Assembly (NCBI GenBank): GCA_966211965.1
Contig: CBIHON010000017.1
Coordinates: 3,482 to 67,481, forward strand
Direction of reading: 5' to 3'
From: an uncultured Burkholderiales bacterium
GTDB taxonomy: Bacteria; Pseudomonadota; Gammaproteobacteria; Burkholderiales; Burkholderiaceae_D
Length of the DNA stretch: 64,000 bases
A program made the position numbers and the translations under genes. Below are positions 10,214 through 21,253 of this stretch, piece after piece. The first letter of the stretch is position 1. Each line of letters starts with the position of its first letter. The notes beneath the pieces were generated by a model. That model did no database searches. It was given only the letters and a program-made list of their open reading frames with translations, and was not told the DNA's origin.

Positions 10214-10945
10214 TTAATATGCGCCAGGTGAAATAACCCGCATTTCAGATTCTATCCAATTTTCCACCTGTTGCATCAACTCGTTTGCAGACAATCCTGC
10301 GGGCGATATCGGTTTGCCAATCGATACCGTAACCAAGCCCGGTTTCTTGATGAAGGAATTCTTCGGCCAGCATTCCCCTGCGTTGTGCGCGATCGGCACC
10401 ACCACGGTATTCGTCTCGATAGCCAGGCGCGTACCGCCGCCTTTGTATTTCCCGCGTTGCCCGACGGGGATGCGCGTGCCTTCCGGGAACATGATGATCC
10501 ACTGGCCGTCGGCCAAGCGTTTCCTGCCCTGGGTCACGACTTGCGCAAAGGCGTCCTTGCCCTTGTTGCGATCGATCGGGATCATGCGCAACAGGCCCAG
10601 CGCCCAGCCGAAAAATGGCACGTAGAGCAATTCCTTTTTGAACACGAAGACCAGCGGACGCGGCATGGTGCAAAGTAAAAAGATTGTTTCCCATGCGGAC
10701 TGGTGCTTGCTCAGCAGGATCACCGGTTCATCGGGAAGATTTTCATATCCTTTGAACCGGTAGCGGATGCCGCACAAGACTTTTGCCAGCCAGACGATGA
10801 AGACGTTCCAGCGCGAGGTGACGTAATAGCGCTGGTTGTAAGGCAGCGGCGCGGCCAGGAAACAGACGCATGCCCAAATCGGCGTGATGACGGCCATGAT
10901 CAGGGCAAACAAAAACGAGCGCAGGAATAAGAGGGGGCGTGACAT
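10214..10945 (-). CDS. plsC: 1-acyl-sn-glycerol-3-phosphate acyltransferase (PlsC family)
   Basis: 243 aa with an N-terminal TM segment, the HX4D acyltransferase motif (SKHQSAWE) and FPEGTR. Confidence 0.8.
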   Translation of the reverse strand: MSRPLLFLRSFLFALIMAVITPIWACVCFLAAPLPYNQRYYVTSRWNVFIVWLAKVLCGIRYRFKGYENLPDEPVILLSKHQSAWETIFLLCTMPRPLVFVFKKELLYVPFFGWALGLLRMIPIDRNKGKDAFAQVVTQGRKRLADGQWIIMFPEGTRIPVGQRGKYKGGGTRLAIETNTVVVPIAHNAGECWPKNSFIKKPGLVTVSIGKPISPAGLSANELMQQVENWIESEMRVISPGAY

Positions 10946-11042
10946 TGAGTCTCCAGAGTGAATACGGCAAAGTGTGCTTTTTAGCAGCCAAGCACCGGCG
11001 GACCGTTACAGTCCGCCAAGTTTGAATGTTGGCGCAAGAGGA

Positions 11043-11603
11043 TTAAGCTGCGGCAGAAACCTCGACCGGTCCCTGCAATAAATGATCCACTACTGCGGAC
11101 AGGTTGGGAAAAACCATGGTTCCTGGCGGCAAGCCACCCTTGTCCAGAGTTTTTTCGCCTTTGCCGGTCAGGACCAGATAAGGATCGCAGCCCACAACGA
11201 AGCCAGCCTGCAGATCGCGCAACGAATCGCCGACTATAGGCACGCCCTTCAAGCCGAGCTCGAAGCGCCGTGCAATTGCATGCATCATGCCGGGCTTCGG
11301 CTTGCGGCAATCGCAACTGTCTGCGGCCGCATGCGGGCAAAAGAAAATCGCGTCGATATCGGCGCCGGCTAATTGCGCCGCGGTGTGCATTTTCTGGTGA
11401 ATCGAATTCAAGACCGGCATGTTGAACAAGCCGCGCGCGATGCCGGACTGGTTGGTCGCGACCACCACGCGATAGCCGGCCTGATTCAGGCGCGCGATGG
11501 CTTCCAGCGAGCCGGGGATGGGGGTCCACTCATCCGGCGATTTGATGAAGTCATCGGAGTCCTGGTTGATGACGCCGTCGCGATCGAGAATAATCAGTTT
11601 CAT
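11043..11603 (-). CDS. gmhB: D-glycero-beta-D-manno-heptose-1,7-bisphosphate 7-phosphatase GmhB
   Basis: 186 aa beginning MKLIILDRDGVIN (HAD DxDGV motif) with the CxHxxxxxCxCRKP zinc-binding loop typical of GmhB. Confidence 0.85.
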   Translation of the reverse strand: MKLIILDRDGVINQDSDDFIKSPDEWTPIPGSLEAIARLNQAGYRVVVATNQSGIARGLFNMPVLNSIHQKMHTAAQLAGADIDAIFFCPHAAADSCDCRKPKPGMMHAIARRFELGLKGVPIVGDSLRDLQAGFVVGCDPYLVLTGKGEKTLDKGGLPPGTMVFPNLSAVVDHLLQGPVEVSAAA

Positions 11604-11806
11604 GCTGAATCTTTACGGAAATGGCTAAGCATTTCCGTCATGTTGCTCCCCTCTCCCGCGAGCGGCAGAGAGGTTGGGAGGTGAAGCGGGGAATTCATGC
11701 GGCATACCGCACGTCCGCTGAACGGATCTGGCTTGCAAGCCGGATCGCGCATTACAAGTGAAGGCGGTCGCTGAAGGCGCATTTGTGTTGGTTCCAACAA
11801 TCCGGG

Positions 11807-13903
11807 TTAAGCCGCCAATTTGGAAATATCCGCGACCCGATTCATCATCCCATGCAAGCTGGATAAAAGTGCAATGCGATTATTGCGCAATTGCGCGTCT
11901 TCGGCCATCACCATCACGTCGTTGAAGAAGGCATCGACGTTATCGCGCAGATGGGCCAGCGCCTTCAGGGTACCGGCGAAATCGCCTTGCGCGAAGGCGG
12001 CATCGACTTGCGGTTTCAATGCGGTCATCGCCGAGTACAGGCCTTGTTCCGCGGTTTCCTTCAGCAAGCCATCCTGCACCGTGCCGGCCGCGCCATCAGT
12101 CTTTTTCAGGATGTTGGTGATGCGCTTGTTGGCGGCGGCGAGCGACTCCGCTTCCGGCAGGGCCGCAAAGGCCTGCACGGCGTTGAGGCGCTCAGTGATG
12201 TTGTCTAGCGTGTCGGGGTTTTGCGCGACGACGGCTTCGACTTCGTTCTGCGCAAAGCCGCGTTCGCGCAGCAGGCCGCGTAAACGGTCGAGCAGGAATG
12301 CCGCTACATCGGCGGATGGGTCCTTGAAGTTGGTGTTGCCGGCAAAGAGTTGCACGGCATCGGTCAGCAAGCTGTTGAGCGACAGCGACAAACGTTTTTC
12401 AATCAGCATGCGCAACACGCCCAATGCATGGCGGCGCAGCGCAAACGGGTCCTTGTCACCGGTCGGTTGCAAACCGATGCCCCAGATCCCCACCAGTGTT
12501 TCCAATTTGTCGGCCAGCGCGACAGCGGTGCCGGTTTGCGTCGCAGGCAAGGCATCGCCCGCGAAGCGCGGCTGATAGTGTTCCGATGCGGCCATCGCCA
12601 CCTCTTCATGTTCGCCGTCATGCCGCGCGTAGTAAGTGCCCATGATGCCTTGCAATTCCGGGAATTCGCCCACCATGTCGGTCAGCAGATCGGTCTTTGC
12701 CAGCAATGCGCCGCGCTCGGCCAGCACGACATCGGCGCCCAATGCGCGTGCGATTTTGCCGGCCAGGGTTTTGACGCGTTCGGTGCGCTGCGCTTGCGTA
12801 CCGAGCTTGTTGTGATACACCACATTGGCCAAGCCGGGCAGGCGATCCGCCAGTTTCTTTTTCTTGTCCTGCTCAAAGAAAAATTTCGCGTCCGACAAGC
12901 GTGGACGCACCACGCGTTCGTTGCCGCCGACGATGTGCTGCGGGTCGCTGGTTTCGAGGTTCGACACGATCAGGAAACGTGAGCGCAGTTTGCCGTGCGC
13001 ATCGGTCAGCGCAAAATATTTCTGGTTGGTTTGCATCGTCAGGATCAGGCACTCCTGCGGCACTGACAAAAACTCCGGCTCGAAATTACAGGCGTATACC
13101 ACCGGCCATTCGACCAGGGCGCTGACTTCATCGAGCAGCGATTCCGGCATCAGGACCTGGTCGACGCCGGCTTGATCGAGCAGGGCGGAGCGGATTTTTT
13201 CCTTGCGTGCGCTGACCCCGGCGATGACCTTGCCTTGCGCTTCGAGCGTCGCCGCATAGCTGTCGGCGTCGGCGATCGCCAATTCGCCTTGCGACAGGAA
13301 GCGGTGGCCGAGCGTGACCCGGCCGGCGGCCAGGCCGAGAATCGCGATCGGCACCACGCTGCTGCCATGCAGGGCGATCAGTTTGTGGACCGGCCGCACG
13401 AATTGAACCGTGGAGCCGTCCGGGCGCTGGTAACTCATGACCTTGGGAATCGGCAGCTTGCCGATGCTGTCTTCCAGCGCGGCTTGCAAGCCGGTATGCA
13501 GTTCGGAACCGGGTGCGATGTAGGTATAGAAAAAGCTGTCGGCCTTGCCGTCGGCGGCACGCTCCAGGTCGCCGAGCGTGATCGCGTCGGCTCGCGTCGC
13601 GCCGGCCAGGGCCGCCAATTTTTTGAGCAGCGGCGCGGTTGGCTGGCCTTCCTTGTCGAGCGCGACCGATACCGGCAACACTTTTTCACGGATCGATTTG
13701 TCAGGCGACGTGGTGCGCACCCTGGTGATCGATACGGCCAGGCGGCGCGGCGTGGCGTAGGCGGTGGCGACCGAATCGGCTTCGAGGAAATCGCGCGATT
13801 TCAAGCCGTTGACGATGCCGGCGGCGAAGGCCTCGCCCAGTTTTGCGAGGGCTTTCGGCGGAAGTTCTTCGGTGAGGAGTTCGACTAATAATGTTTGATT
13901 CAT
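11807..13903 (-). CDS. glyS: Glycine--tRNA ligase beta subunit
   Basis: 698-aa protein [19 protein letters not shown]..., co-linear with GlyS and directly downstream of glyQ. Confidence 0.9.
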   Translation of the reverse strand: MNQTLLVELLTEELPPKALAKLGEAFAAGIVNGLKSRDFLEADSVATAYATPRRLAVSITRVRTTSPDKSIREKVLPVSVALDKEGQPTAPLLKKLAALAGATRADAITLGDLERAADGKADSFFYTYIAPGSELHTGLQAALEDSIGKLPIPKVMSYQRPDGSTVQFVRPVHKLIALHGSSVVPIAILGLAAGRVTLGHRFLSQGELAIADADSYAATLEAQGKVIAGVSARKEKIRSALLDQAGVDQVLMPESLLDEVSALVEWPVVYACNFEPEFLSVPQECLILTMQTNQKYFALTDAHGKLRSRFLIVSNLETSDPQHIVGGNERVVRPRLSDAKFFFEQDKKKKLADRLPGLANVVYHNKLGTQAQRTERVKTLAGKIARALGADVVLAERGALLAKTDLLTDMVGEFPELQGIMGTYYARHDGEHEEVAMAASEHYQPRFAGDALPATQTGTAVALADKLETLVGIWGIGLQPTGDKDPFALRRHALGVLRMLIEKRLSLSLNSLLTDAVQLFAGNTNFKDPSADVAAFLLDRLRGLLRERGFAQNEVEAVVAQNPDTLDNITERLNAVQAFAALPEAESLAAANKRITNILKKTDGAAGTVQDGLLKETAEQGLYSAMTALKPQVDAAFAQGDFAGTLKALAHLRDNVDAFFNDVMVMAEDAQLRNNRIALLSSLHGMMNRVADISKLAA

Positions 13904-14034
13904 GGGTAACCTACGTTTTTCCTGATCTCTCCCTCCCTTTCAAGGGGAGGGCCGGGGAGGGGATGGGTTTCGGCTGCTTATTTCGGCGGCTTATCGAGGC
14001 CGCGGGTGGACACGAAAACGTGTCTGCCCTACGA

Positions 14035-14946
14035 TCACGCAGCTTTGCGCGGATCGCCACACATCGGGAAACCCAGCTTCTCGCGCGAGTCGTAATAAGC
14101 CTGCGCGACCGCGCGCGACAAATTGCGAATCCGTCCGATATACGCCGCGCGCTCGGTCACCGAAATCGCACCGCGCGCATCCAGCAGGTTGAAGGTATGC
14201 GCGGCTTTCAGGATCATCTCGTATGCCGGCAGGGCCAGCGGAATTTCCATCAGGCGCTTGGCTTCGGATTCGTAACTGCCGAACAGCGAGAACAGGAATT
14301 CGGTGTTCGAGTATTCGAAGTTGTAGGTCGATTGCTCGACTTCGTTTTGATGGAATACGTCGCCATAGGTCAGGCGCTTTTTGACGCCGTGTTCTTCCCA
14401 TTCGGTCCACACCAGGTCGTACACGTTTTCAACGCCTTGCAGGTACATCGCCAGACGCTCGATGCCGTAGGTGATTTCGCCGAGCACCGGTTTGCAGTCG
14501 AGACCGCCGACCTGCTGGAAGTAGGTGAATTGCGTTACTTCCATGCCGTTCAGCCAGACTTCCCAACCCAGGCCCCAGGCGCCCAGCGTCGGGTTTTCCC
14601 AATCGTCCTCGACGAAGCGCACATCGTTTTGCTTGAGGTTCAAGCCCAACGCTTCGAGCGAGCCGAGATACAGGTCGAGGATATTTTCCGGTGCCGGCTT
14701 CAGCACCACTTGATATTGGTAGTAGTGCTGCATGCGGTTCGGGTTTTCGCCGTAGCGGCCGTCTTTGGGGCGACGCGACGGCTGCACATAGGCGGCGCGC
14801 CATGGCTCGGGGCCGATTGCGCGCAGGAAGGTCGCGGTGTGCGAGGTGCCGGCGCCGACTTCCATATCGTAAGGCTGGAGCAACGCGCAGCCTTGCTCGT
14901 CCCAGTATTTTTGCAGCGTGAGGATGACTTGTTGAAATGTGAGCAT
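14035..14946 (-). CDS. glyQ: Glycine--tRNA ligase alpha subunit
   Basis: 303-aa protein [34 protein letters not shown]..., a highly conserved GlyQ sequence. Confidence 0.9.
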   Translation of the reverse strand: MLTFQQVILTLQKYWDEQGCALLQPYDMEVGAGTSHTATFLRAIGPEPWRAAYVQPSRRPKDGRYGENPNRMQHYYQYQVVLKPAPENILDLYLGSLEALGLNLKQNDVRFVEDDWENPTLGAWGLGWEVWLNGMEVTQFTYFQQVGGLDCKPVLGEITYGIERLAMYLQGVENVYDLVWTEWEEHGVKKRLTYGDVFHQNEVEQSTYNFEYSNTEFLFSLFGSYESEAKRLMEIPLALPAYEMILKAAHTFNLLDARGAISVTERAAYIGRIRNLSRAVAQAYYDSREKLGFPMCGDPRKAA

Positions 14947-14994
14947 CTTGGTTTTGTCTGGTTGCCGTGGAAAGACGGGGCTAAACCTTTGATT

Positions 14995-16563
14995 TTAGCG
15001 GTTTTTGCCAGTGATATGCGAGTTCGCGTGATCGCGCCGGTATCTTCTGCTGAAAAACCAGGCTGCCAGCAGCATCAAGGTCGTCAATAGCAGCATCAGC
15101 CTGTTCCCCGCCAGGATATACGGCGTGACCCCGCCATAGCCTTGCACCGAGGCGTTCAGTATGCCGCGCGTGAACGGCGCCAGTTGCGCGACGACGTCCC
15201 CCTTCGGACCGATCACCGCGGTGGCGCCGGTGTTGGTTGCGCGCAGCATGGGCCGGCCCGTTTCCAGCGCGCGCATTTGCGAAATCTGCAAATGCTGCGG
15301 CAAGGCGATCGAGTCGCCGAACCAGGCGATGTTGGAGATATTCAGCAGCAGCGTCGCTTGCGGCGCGCCGCCAGAATAGCCGGCGGCCAACTGGGCCGCT
15401 ATTTCTTCGCCGAACAAGTCTTCATAGCAGATATTTGGCAACACCCATTGGCCCTTGACCTGAAACGGTGCCTGCAACAGTTTGCCGCCGGTCTGGTCGC
15501 CCAGCGGGATCTTCATCATGTCGACAAACCAGCGAAAGCCCCAGGGAATGAATTCACCAAAGGGCACCAGGTGATGCTTGTCGTAGCGGTAGAGCGGCGC
15601 ACCGGCTGTCGGCGGCAATCCGATCAAGCTGTTCGAATAACGGCGCGGGCCATCCCTGACCAGGATGCCGAGCGTGACATAACTGCCGGTCTGCCGGGCG
15701 AATGCCGATAGCCGTTCTGGATAATCGGGCGGCAATTGATTGAGCAGCAAGGGAAGCGAGGTTTCCGGTGTGGCGATCAAATCGGCCGGCGCCGCCACGA
15801 TCGACTCGTAATACATGAGCAGGGCGTTGCTGATGTGCTCGCTCTCGAACTTGAGGTCTTGCGGCACGTTGCCCTGGACCAGGCGTACTGCAATCGGCTT
15901 GCCGCTCGGCATGGTCCAGTCTATCGTTTTCAAGCCGAAACCGGCTCCGAAAATCAGGAGCGCCAATCCGGCGGCGAAGCCGGCCGCGCGATTTTTCGAA
16001 GGCAACAGGAGCAGGCAGCCGGCGATCAACGCGGCCAGCCAGCCTATGCCGTATACGCCGATGAGCGGCGCAAAACCGGCCAGCGGACTAAGGTTGTGCG
16101 CGTAGCCGGAAACCACCCACGGGAAACCGGTCAGCACCCAGCCGCGCAGCCATTCCGACAGCGCCCACACGGCGGGAAACACCAGCAGCAACAGCCATGT
16201 TCTTGGCATCGGCCAGCGCTGTTTCAACCAAGTGCCGGCCGCCATGCCGATTGCGCTGAACGCCCCCAGCAGCAGACCGAGCAGCGCGACCACGAGCGCT
16301 GCCATCCAGGCCGGCATGCCGCCATAGGTGTGCATGCTGATGTAGAGCCAATGGACGCCGCATACCGACCAGCCATAGCCGTAGGCATAGCCGAGCAGCG
16401 CGCTGCGCTTGATGGAGGATTCGCGCAGCACCAGGCAAAATACCAGCGCCAGGGTCGCGATTTGCAGCGGCCAGAAATTGAAGGGCGCGAACGCCAGCAC
16501 ATTGAGCGCGCCCGCCAGCAAGGCGATCGGCAGAGCAGGGATACGGGAAAGCCGGTTATTCAC
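14995..16563 (-). CDS. lnt: Apolipoprotein N-acyltransferase
   Basis: 522 aa with N-terminal multi-TM segments plus a C-terminal nitrilase/CN-hydrolase domain. It follows corC, as in E. coli ybeX-lnt. Confidence 0.9.
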   Translation of the reverse strand: MNNRLSRIPALPIALLAGALNVLAFAPFNFWPLQIATLALVFCLVLRESSIKRSALLGYAYGYGWSVCGVHWLYISMHTYGGMPAWMAALVVALLGLLLGAFSAIGMAAGTWLKQRWPMPRTWLLLLVFPAVWALSEWLRGWVLTGFPWVVSGYAHNLSPLAGFAPLIGVYGIGWLAALIAGCLLLLPSKNRAAGFAAGLALLIFGAGFGLKTIDWTMPSGKPIAVRLVQGNVPQDLKFESEHISNALLMYYESIVAAPADLIATPETSLPLLLNQLPPDYPERLSAFARQTGSYVTLGILVRDGPRRYSNSLIGLPPTAGAPLYRYDKHHLVPFGEFIPWGFRWFVDMMKIPLGDQTGGKLLQAPFQVKGQWVLPNICYEDLFGEEIAAQLAAGYSGGAPQATLLLNISNIAWFGDSIALPQHLQISQMRALETGRPMLRATNTGATAVIGPKGDVVAQLAPFTRGILNASVQGYGGVTPYILAGNRLMLLLTTLMLLAAWFFSRRYRRDHANSHITGKNR

Positions 16564-16609
16564 GCGGACGGGTTCTTTGTTCGATTGGAGGGGAAACGGT
16601 GGATTCGCA

Positions 16610-16678
16610 GGATGGGTGGAGCGCAGCGTAACCCATCTTTTACGGCTGATGATGGGTTACGCTGCGCTCCACCCATCC
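16610..16678. repeat. Perfect 28-bp-stem inverted repeat (13-nt loop) in the corC-lnt intergenic region
   Basis: Arm 1 is GGATGGGTGGAGCGCAGCGTAACCCATC (16610-16637), the loop is ttttacggctgat, and the exact reverse complement lies at 16651-16678. Confidence 0.8.
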
Positions 16679-16687
16679 TGCTGCGGC

Positions 16688-17569
16688 TCAAGAAGCTTCA
16701 TCCGCCGGCATTTCCGGCAGCTTCTCAACCAGCAGCACATGCACTTGGCGCGCATCGGCGCGCAGCACTTCGAAACGCAGCCCTTCGATCTCGATCGTGT
16801 CGCCCTTGCGCGGTACGCGTCCCAGGTGATTGGCGACCAGGCCGCCGATGGTGTCGACGTCTTCGTCGGAAAATTCGGTCTTCAAGGCTTCGTTGAATTG
16901 CTCGATCTCGGTCAGCGCCTTGATGCGCCAGCGCGGTCCGTACATACCGGAATCGACAGCCAGGATGTTGTCTTCCTCCTCATCGAAGTCGTATTCGTCC
17001 TCGATGTCGCCGACGATTTGTTCCAGCACGTCCTCGATCGTGATCAGCCCGGCGACGCCGCCGTATTCGTCGACCACGATGGCCATGTGATTGCGATTGG
17101 CTCGAAAGTCGCGCAGCAGGACGTTGAGACGTTTCGATTCGGGAATGAAGACTGCCGGGCGCAGCATGTCGCGCACGTCGAAGGAATCTTCCGCATAGTA
17201 GCGCAGCAGATCCTTGGCCAGCAAAATGCCGACCACCTTGTCGCGCTCGCCTTCGACCACGGGAAAGCGCGAGTGCGCGGTCTTCAGGACCATCGGCAGC
17301 CAGGCTTCGATCGGTTTGGCGATATCGATCATGTCCATTTGGGAGCGCGGGATCATGATGTCGCGCGCGGAAAGGTCGGCGACCTGGAACACGCCTTCGA
17401 TCATCGACAGCGCATCGGCGTCGATCAGGTTGCGTTCATGTGCGTCCTGCAGGATTTCAAGCAGTTCGACGCGATTCTCGGGTTCAGGGGAAATCAGTGC
17501 GGTCAGGCGTTCAAACAATGACCGGTGGGGTTTGGCGTCAGATTTGACGCCACTAGAGTGCTCTTGCAT
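16688..17569 (-). CDS. corC: CorC/HlyC-family Mg2+/Co2+ transport protein (YbeX)
   Basis: ORF 16688..17611 with a CBS pair followed by a CorC_HlyC C-terminal domain. The likely start is MQEHSS at 17569. Confidence 0.85.
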   Translation of the reverse strand: MQEHSSGVKSDAKPHRSLFERLTALISPEPENRVELLEILQDAHERNLIDADALSMIEGVFQVADLSARDIMIPRSQMDMIDIAKPIEAWLPMVLKTAHSRFPVVEGERDKVVGILLAKDLLRYYAEDSFDVRDMLRPAVFIPESKRLNVLLRDFRANRNHMAIVVDEYGGVAGLITIEDVLEQIVGDIEDEYDFDEEEDNILAVDSGMYGPRWRIKALTEIEQFNEALKTEFSDEDVDTIGGLVANHLGRVPRKGDTIEIEGLRFEVLRADARQVHVLLVEKLPEMPADEAS

Positions 17570-17633
17570 ATTGGGTAATAACCCGTTGTTTCGATGGGCT
17601 ATAGCATACACGAAAAGGGTTTTCGGGCCGGCT

Positions 17634-18095
17634 TTAGCGTGTGCGATAGGGGTTCTCTATCCCAAGCCCGGCCAGGATCTCGGCTTCGATCCCTTCCATC
17701 TCGTTCGCTTCTTCCTCGGTTTCATGGTCATAGCCTTGCGCATGCAAAACGCCGTGCACCACCAAGTGTGCGGCATGGGCGGTCAGCGGCTTGTTCTGTT
17801 CTTCCGCTTCGCGCTGCAACACGTCGGTACATAAGATAATGTCGGCTTGCGTGGCTGCAGCGTCCTGATCTTCGGTATAGGCGAAGGTCAGCACGTTGGT
17901 TGCATAGTCCTTGCCCCGATAATCGCGGTTCAGCGCACGGCCTTCTTCGGCATCGACGAAGCGGATCGCCAGTTCCGCCGGCGCGAACAATGCCGCCTGC
18001 ACCCAGCGCCGCAATTGCTGGCGCGTGAGCAAGTCTTTCAGGCGCGGGTCGGGATATTGCACCGACAACGAAAGTTTATTTTTTGCCGGCATTTT
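17634..18095 (-). CDS. ybeY: rRNA maturation endoribonuclease YbeY
   Basis: ORF 17634..18233 containing the HxxxHxxGYDH zinc motif ([20 protein letters not shown]). The internal ATG at 18095 (MPAKNK...) gives about 154 aa. Confidence 0.85.
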   Translation of the reverse strand, partial: KMPAKNKLSLSVQYPDPRLKDLLTRQQLRRWVQAALFAPAELAIRFVDAEEGRALNRDYRGKDYATNVLTFAYTEDQDAAATQADIILCTDVLQREAEEQNKPLTAHAAHLVVHGVLHAQGYDHETEEEANEMEGIEAEILAGLGIENPYRTR

Positions 18096-19113
18096 TCGTC
18101 GGGGCGGGTCGGTTCGATTGGGCTTCCGCGTAGGCATCGACGATGCGGGCCACCAGCGGATGGCGCACCACGTCAACGCTGGTGAAATGGGTGAAGGCGA
18201 TGCCGCGCACGTTCTGCAGGATTTTGACCGCATCGACCAGGCCGCTCTTCTGGTCGCGCTGCAAATCGATCTGGGTCATGTCGCCGGTCACCACCGCCTT
18301 GCTGCCGAAGCCGATACGGGTCAGAAACATCTTCATCTGCTCGGGCGTGGTGTTCTGCGCTTCGTCGAGAATCACAAAAGCATGGTTCAGCGTGCGGCCG
18401 CGCATATAAGCCAGCGGCGCGATTTCGATCGCCTGTTTCTCAAACATCTTTTGCGTGCGGTCGAAGCCCAGCAGGTCGTACAGCGCGTCGTACAAGGGCC
18501 GTAAATACGGATCGACCTTCTGCGCCAGGTCGCCGGGCAAGAAACCGAGACGCTCGCCTGCTTCCACCGCCGGGCGGGTCAGCACGATACGCTTGATCGC
18601 ATCGCGTTCCAGCGCATCGACCGCGCAGGCTACCGCGAGGTAAGTCTTGCCGGTGCCGGCCGGGCCGACGCCGAAGGTCACATCGTGTTCCAGAATCGCC
18701 TTGATGTATTGCGCTTGATGCGGAGTGCGGCCGCGCAGGTCGTTGCGGCGGGTTTTCAGGACCGGGCTCTCGTCAATCGGCTCCTCGTCCGCGGCTTTCT
18801 TCCCCGGAGCGTGCGCCGGGTCCGGGAGTTCATGCTGCGGCATGCCGGCACGCTGTTCGACCAGCGCCAGCTGGATGTCTTCGATCGACACCACTTTCGC
18901 CGCGCGTGCATAGAACTGTTCGAGAATCTCGACCGCACGTGCGGCGTTGCTGCCGCTGACGATGAATTTTTCACCGCGCCGGAATATCGTCACGTCGAGT
19001 GCGGCGGAGATCTGCCGCAGGTTTTCATCCATCGGTCCGCATAGATTGGCCAGGCGCGTATTGTCCAGCGGTTGCGGGATGAAATGCAGGGGTTGGACGG
19101 CTTTATTTTTCAC
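18076..19113 (-). CDS. ybeZ: PhoH-like ATPase YbeZ
   Basis: 345 aa with Walker A GPAGTGKT and an N-terminus that aligns with E. coli YbeZ (LCGPxDxN). The apparent GTG start at 19113 overlaps the miaB stop codon by 1 nt. Confidence 0.85.
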   Translation of the reverse strand: MKNKAVQPLHFIPQPLDNTRLANLCGPMDENLRQISAALDVTIFRRGEKFIVSGSNAARAVEILEQFYARAAKVVSIEDIQLALVEQRAGMPQHELPDPAHAPGKKAADEEPIDESPVLKTRRNDLRGRTPHQAQYIKAILEHDVTFGVGPAGTGKTYLAVACAVDALERDAIKRIVLTRPAVEAGERLGFLPGDLAQKVDPYLRPLYDALYDLLGFDRTQKMFEKQAIEIAPLAYMRGRTLNHAFVILDEAQNTTPEQMKMFLTRIGFGSKAVVTGDMTQIDLQRDQKSGLVDAVKILQNVRGIAFTHFTSVDVVRHPLVARIVDAYAEAQSNRPAPTKNAGKK

Positions 19114-20453
19114 TATTGTTTCACCACGATTTCACCGCGCAGCGAATAGGCATACGAATGCACGATCGTCACGTCGATCATCTGCCCGATCAGGCGCGCC
19201 GCATTCGGCCCGCCGTCGAAATTCACCACGCGGTTGTTTTCGCTGCGGCCCTGCAATTCGTTCGGATCTTTTTTGGATGGCCCTTCGACCAGGATGCGCT
19301 GCACCGTGCCGACCATTTCTTCACTGTAGCGCTTGGTGTTTTCATTGATCACCGCTTGCAGCCGTTGCAGGCGTTTCAGCTTGACTTCGTATGGCGTGTC
19401 GTCCGCCAGGTTGGCCGCCGGCGTGCCGGGGCGCGGGCTGAAAACGAAGCTGAAGCTGTTGTCGTAACCGATGTCGTCGATCAGCTTCATCATTGCTTCG
19501 AAATCGGCATCGGTCTCGCCGGGAAAGCCGACGATGAAATCCGAAGAGATCGCGATGTTGGGCCGCACTTCGCGCAGGCGGCGGATGATCGATTTGTACT
19601 CGAGAGAGGTGTAGCCGCGCTTCATCGCCGTCAGGATTTTGTCCGAGCCATGCTGCGCCGGCAGGTAGAGATGGTCGACCAGCTTCGGCACCTTGGCATA
19701 GGTATCGATCAGGCGCTGGGTGAATTCCTTGGGATGGCTGGTGACGTAGCGGATGCGTTCGATGTTGTCGAATGCGGCGATGTATTCGATCAGCAGCGAA
19801 AAATCGGCGATCTCGCCGTCCGCCATTTCGCCGCGATATGCATTCACGTTCTGGCCCAGCAGCGTGATTTCTCTCACGCCTTGCTCGGCCAGGCCGGCGA
19901 CTTCGGCCAGCACGTCATCGAAACGGCGCGAGACTTCTTCGCCTCGAGTGTAAGGCACCACGCAATAGCTGCAATACTTGCTGCATCCTTCCATGATCGA
20001 GACGAAGGCGGTCGGACCGTCGACCTTGGCCGGCGGCAGGTGGTCGAATTTTTCGATTTCCGGGAAACTGATGTCGACCTGCGAACGGCCCGTGTCGCGC
20101 CTTTGCTTTAGCAGATCCGGCAGGCGGTGCAGGGTTTGCGGGCCGAATACCACGTCGACATAGGGGGCGCGCTTGACGATCGCTTCGCCTTCCTGGGAGG
20201 CGACGCAGCCGCCGACGCCGATCACCAGGTCGGGCTTGGTCAGTTTCAATTCGCGCAGGCGGCCGAGGTCGGAAAACACTTTTTCCTGCGCCTTCTCACG
20301 CACCGAGCAAGTGTTGAGCAGGATGACGTCGGCATCTTCCGGCGTGTCGGTCTTGACCAGGCCGTCGGACAGGTTGAGCACGTCGGCCATCTTGTCCGAG
20401 TCATACTCGTTCATCTGGCAGCCGAAGGTTTTGATGAATACTTTTTTCTGCAT
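19113..20453 (-). CDS. miaB: tRNA-2-methylthio-N6-dimethylallyladenosine synthase MiaB (radical SAM)
   Basis: ORF 19113..20576 with [19 protein letters not shown], the radical-SAM CxxxCxxC cluster (CSKYCSYC) and a TRAM C-terminus. The likely start is the ATG at 20453. Confidence 0.9.
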   Translation of the reverse strand: MQKKVFIKTFGCQMNEYDSDKMADVLNLSDGLVKTDTPEDADVILLNTCSVREKAQEKVFSDLGRLRELKLTKPDLVIGVGGCVASQEGEAIVKRAPYVDVVFGPQTLHRLPDLLKQRRDTGRSQVDISFPEIEKFDHLPPAKVDGPTAFVSIMEGCSKYCSYCVVPYTRGEEVSRRFDDVLAEVAGLAEQGVREITLLGQNVNAYRGEMADGEIADFSLLIEYIAAFDNIERIRYVTSHPKEFTQRLIDTYAKVPKLVDHLYLPAQHGSDKILTAMKRGYTSLEYKSIIRRLREVRPNIAISSDFIVGFPGETDADFEAMMKLIDDIGYDNSFSFVFSPRPGTPAANLADDTPYEVKLKRLQRLQAVINENTKRYSEEMVGTVQRILVEGPSKKDPNELQGRSENNRVVNFDGGPNAARLIGQMIDVTIVHSYAYSLRGEIVVKQ

Positions 20454-20457
20454 GGTC

Positions 20458-20790
20458 TTAATCGCGCAAGTCGTTTCTGCCGGGATAGCGGCTGGCTTCT
20501 TCACCGGTGAGCATCCAGACCCGGTCGATTTCACCCTGCGCGTTTTCGGTGTAGAGTACGGCGAAGCCTTCGCCACGCAATGACATTGGGGTTTCGATCA
20601 GGTTGTCCTGGTTGCGGATTTGCGCGCCGGGCGACAAGGCGCGCGTCCTGCCGTCGATCACAATCGCCGGATAAATCGCCGGTGACATCGTTCCGCGCTT
20701 GGCAATGGGCGGAAACGGACGATCGAAAGCCAGCGCGGGAAGCGTGCAGGCAATCAATGCAAAATACAGCAGGAAACGTCGAGTCCACAT
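20458..20790 (-). CDS. Small exported protein of unknown function, co-transcribed upstream of miaB
   Basis: ORF 20458..20865. The internal start [21 protein letters not shown] is a signal peptide. There are 4 bp between its stop and the miaB start. No family was recognised. Confidence 0.4.
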   Translation of the reverse strand: MWTRRFLLYFALIACTLPALAFDRPFPPIAKRGTMSPAIYPAIVIDGRTRALSPGAQIRNQDNLIETPMSLRGEGFAVLYTENAQGEIDRVWMLTGEEASRYPGRNDLRD

Positions 20791-21077
20791 ATTTACACTC
20801 CGTTTCGAAATACAAGAAAAATGGCGAACATCAGAGGGGATGAAGAGCCAGAGCAGGAAATCCATGATTTCCGTGCTGCTCAGAAAATTATACGAATCAA
20901 CAGCTTATGCCAATTGTCGAGATGGCGGGACTTGTCTGATGAATCACGCAAAGGTGTCGGCAGTATACCTGCAAATGGCCTGGATCTGCACTATTGCAAA
21001 AGATGCTGCCGGTCGGCGCGGAAGTGTGGGGCCCCGCCAGTTATTGAGAATTGGTGTGTGACGGCATGGCGCTCGAA

Positions 21078-21120
21078 TAAAAATGGAAGGCATCTCCAAT
21101 GCTTTCCATTTTTATTTTTG
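21078..21120. terminator. Bidirectional intrinsic terminator
   Basis: Stem AAAATGGAAGG / CTTTCCATTTT with a 12-nt loop, flanked by an A-run upstream and TTTATTTTT downstream. It lies about 130 bp past the stop of the 21254..21742 minus-strand gene. Confidence 0.6.
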
Positions 21121-21253
21121 ATAAATCAACAATTGGAATCTCGAGTGGCGGCGAAAACTCTCTTCGCGTCCTTTGTGTTCCTTGAATCGTTTATTGCCAG
21201 ACTTATATCAACGTGCGGTAAGACCCTGAGCAGATTCTAAGGCTCTGGGTGTT

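Noticed and set aside
13891-16896. Plus-strand ORFs of 399, 189 and 386 aa
   Set aside because: Antisense to glyQ and lnt, which are confidently assigned.
20821-21240. 139-aa plus-strand ORF in the AT-rich island
   Set aside because: It spans a bidirectional terminator, is Cys/Arg-rich and has no RBS; more likely non-coding.
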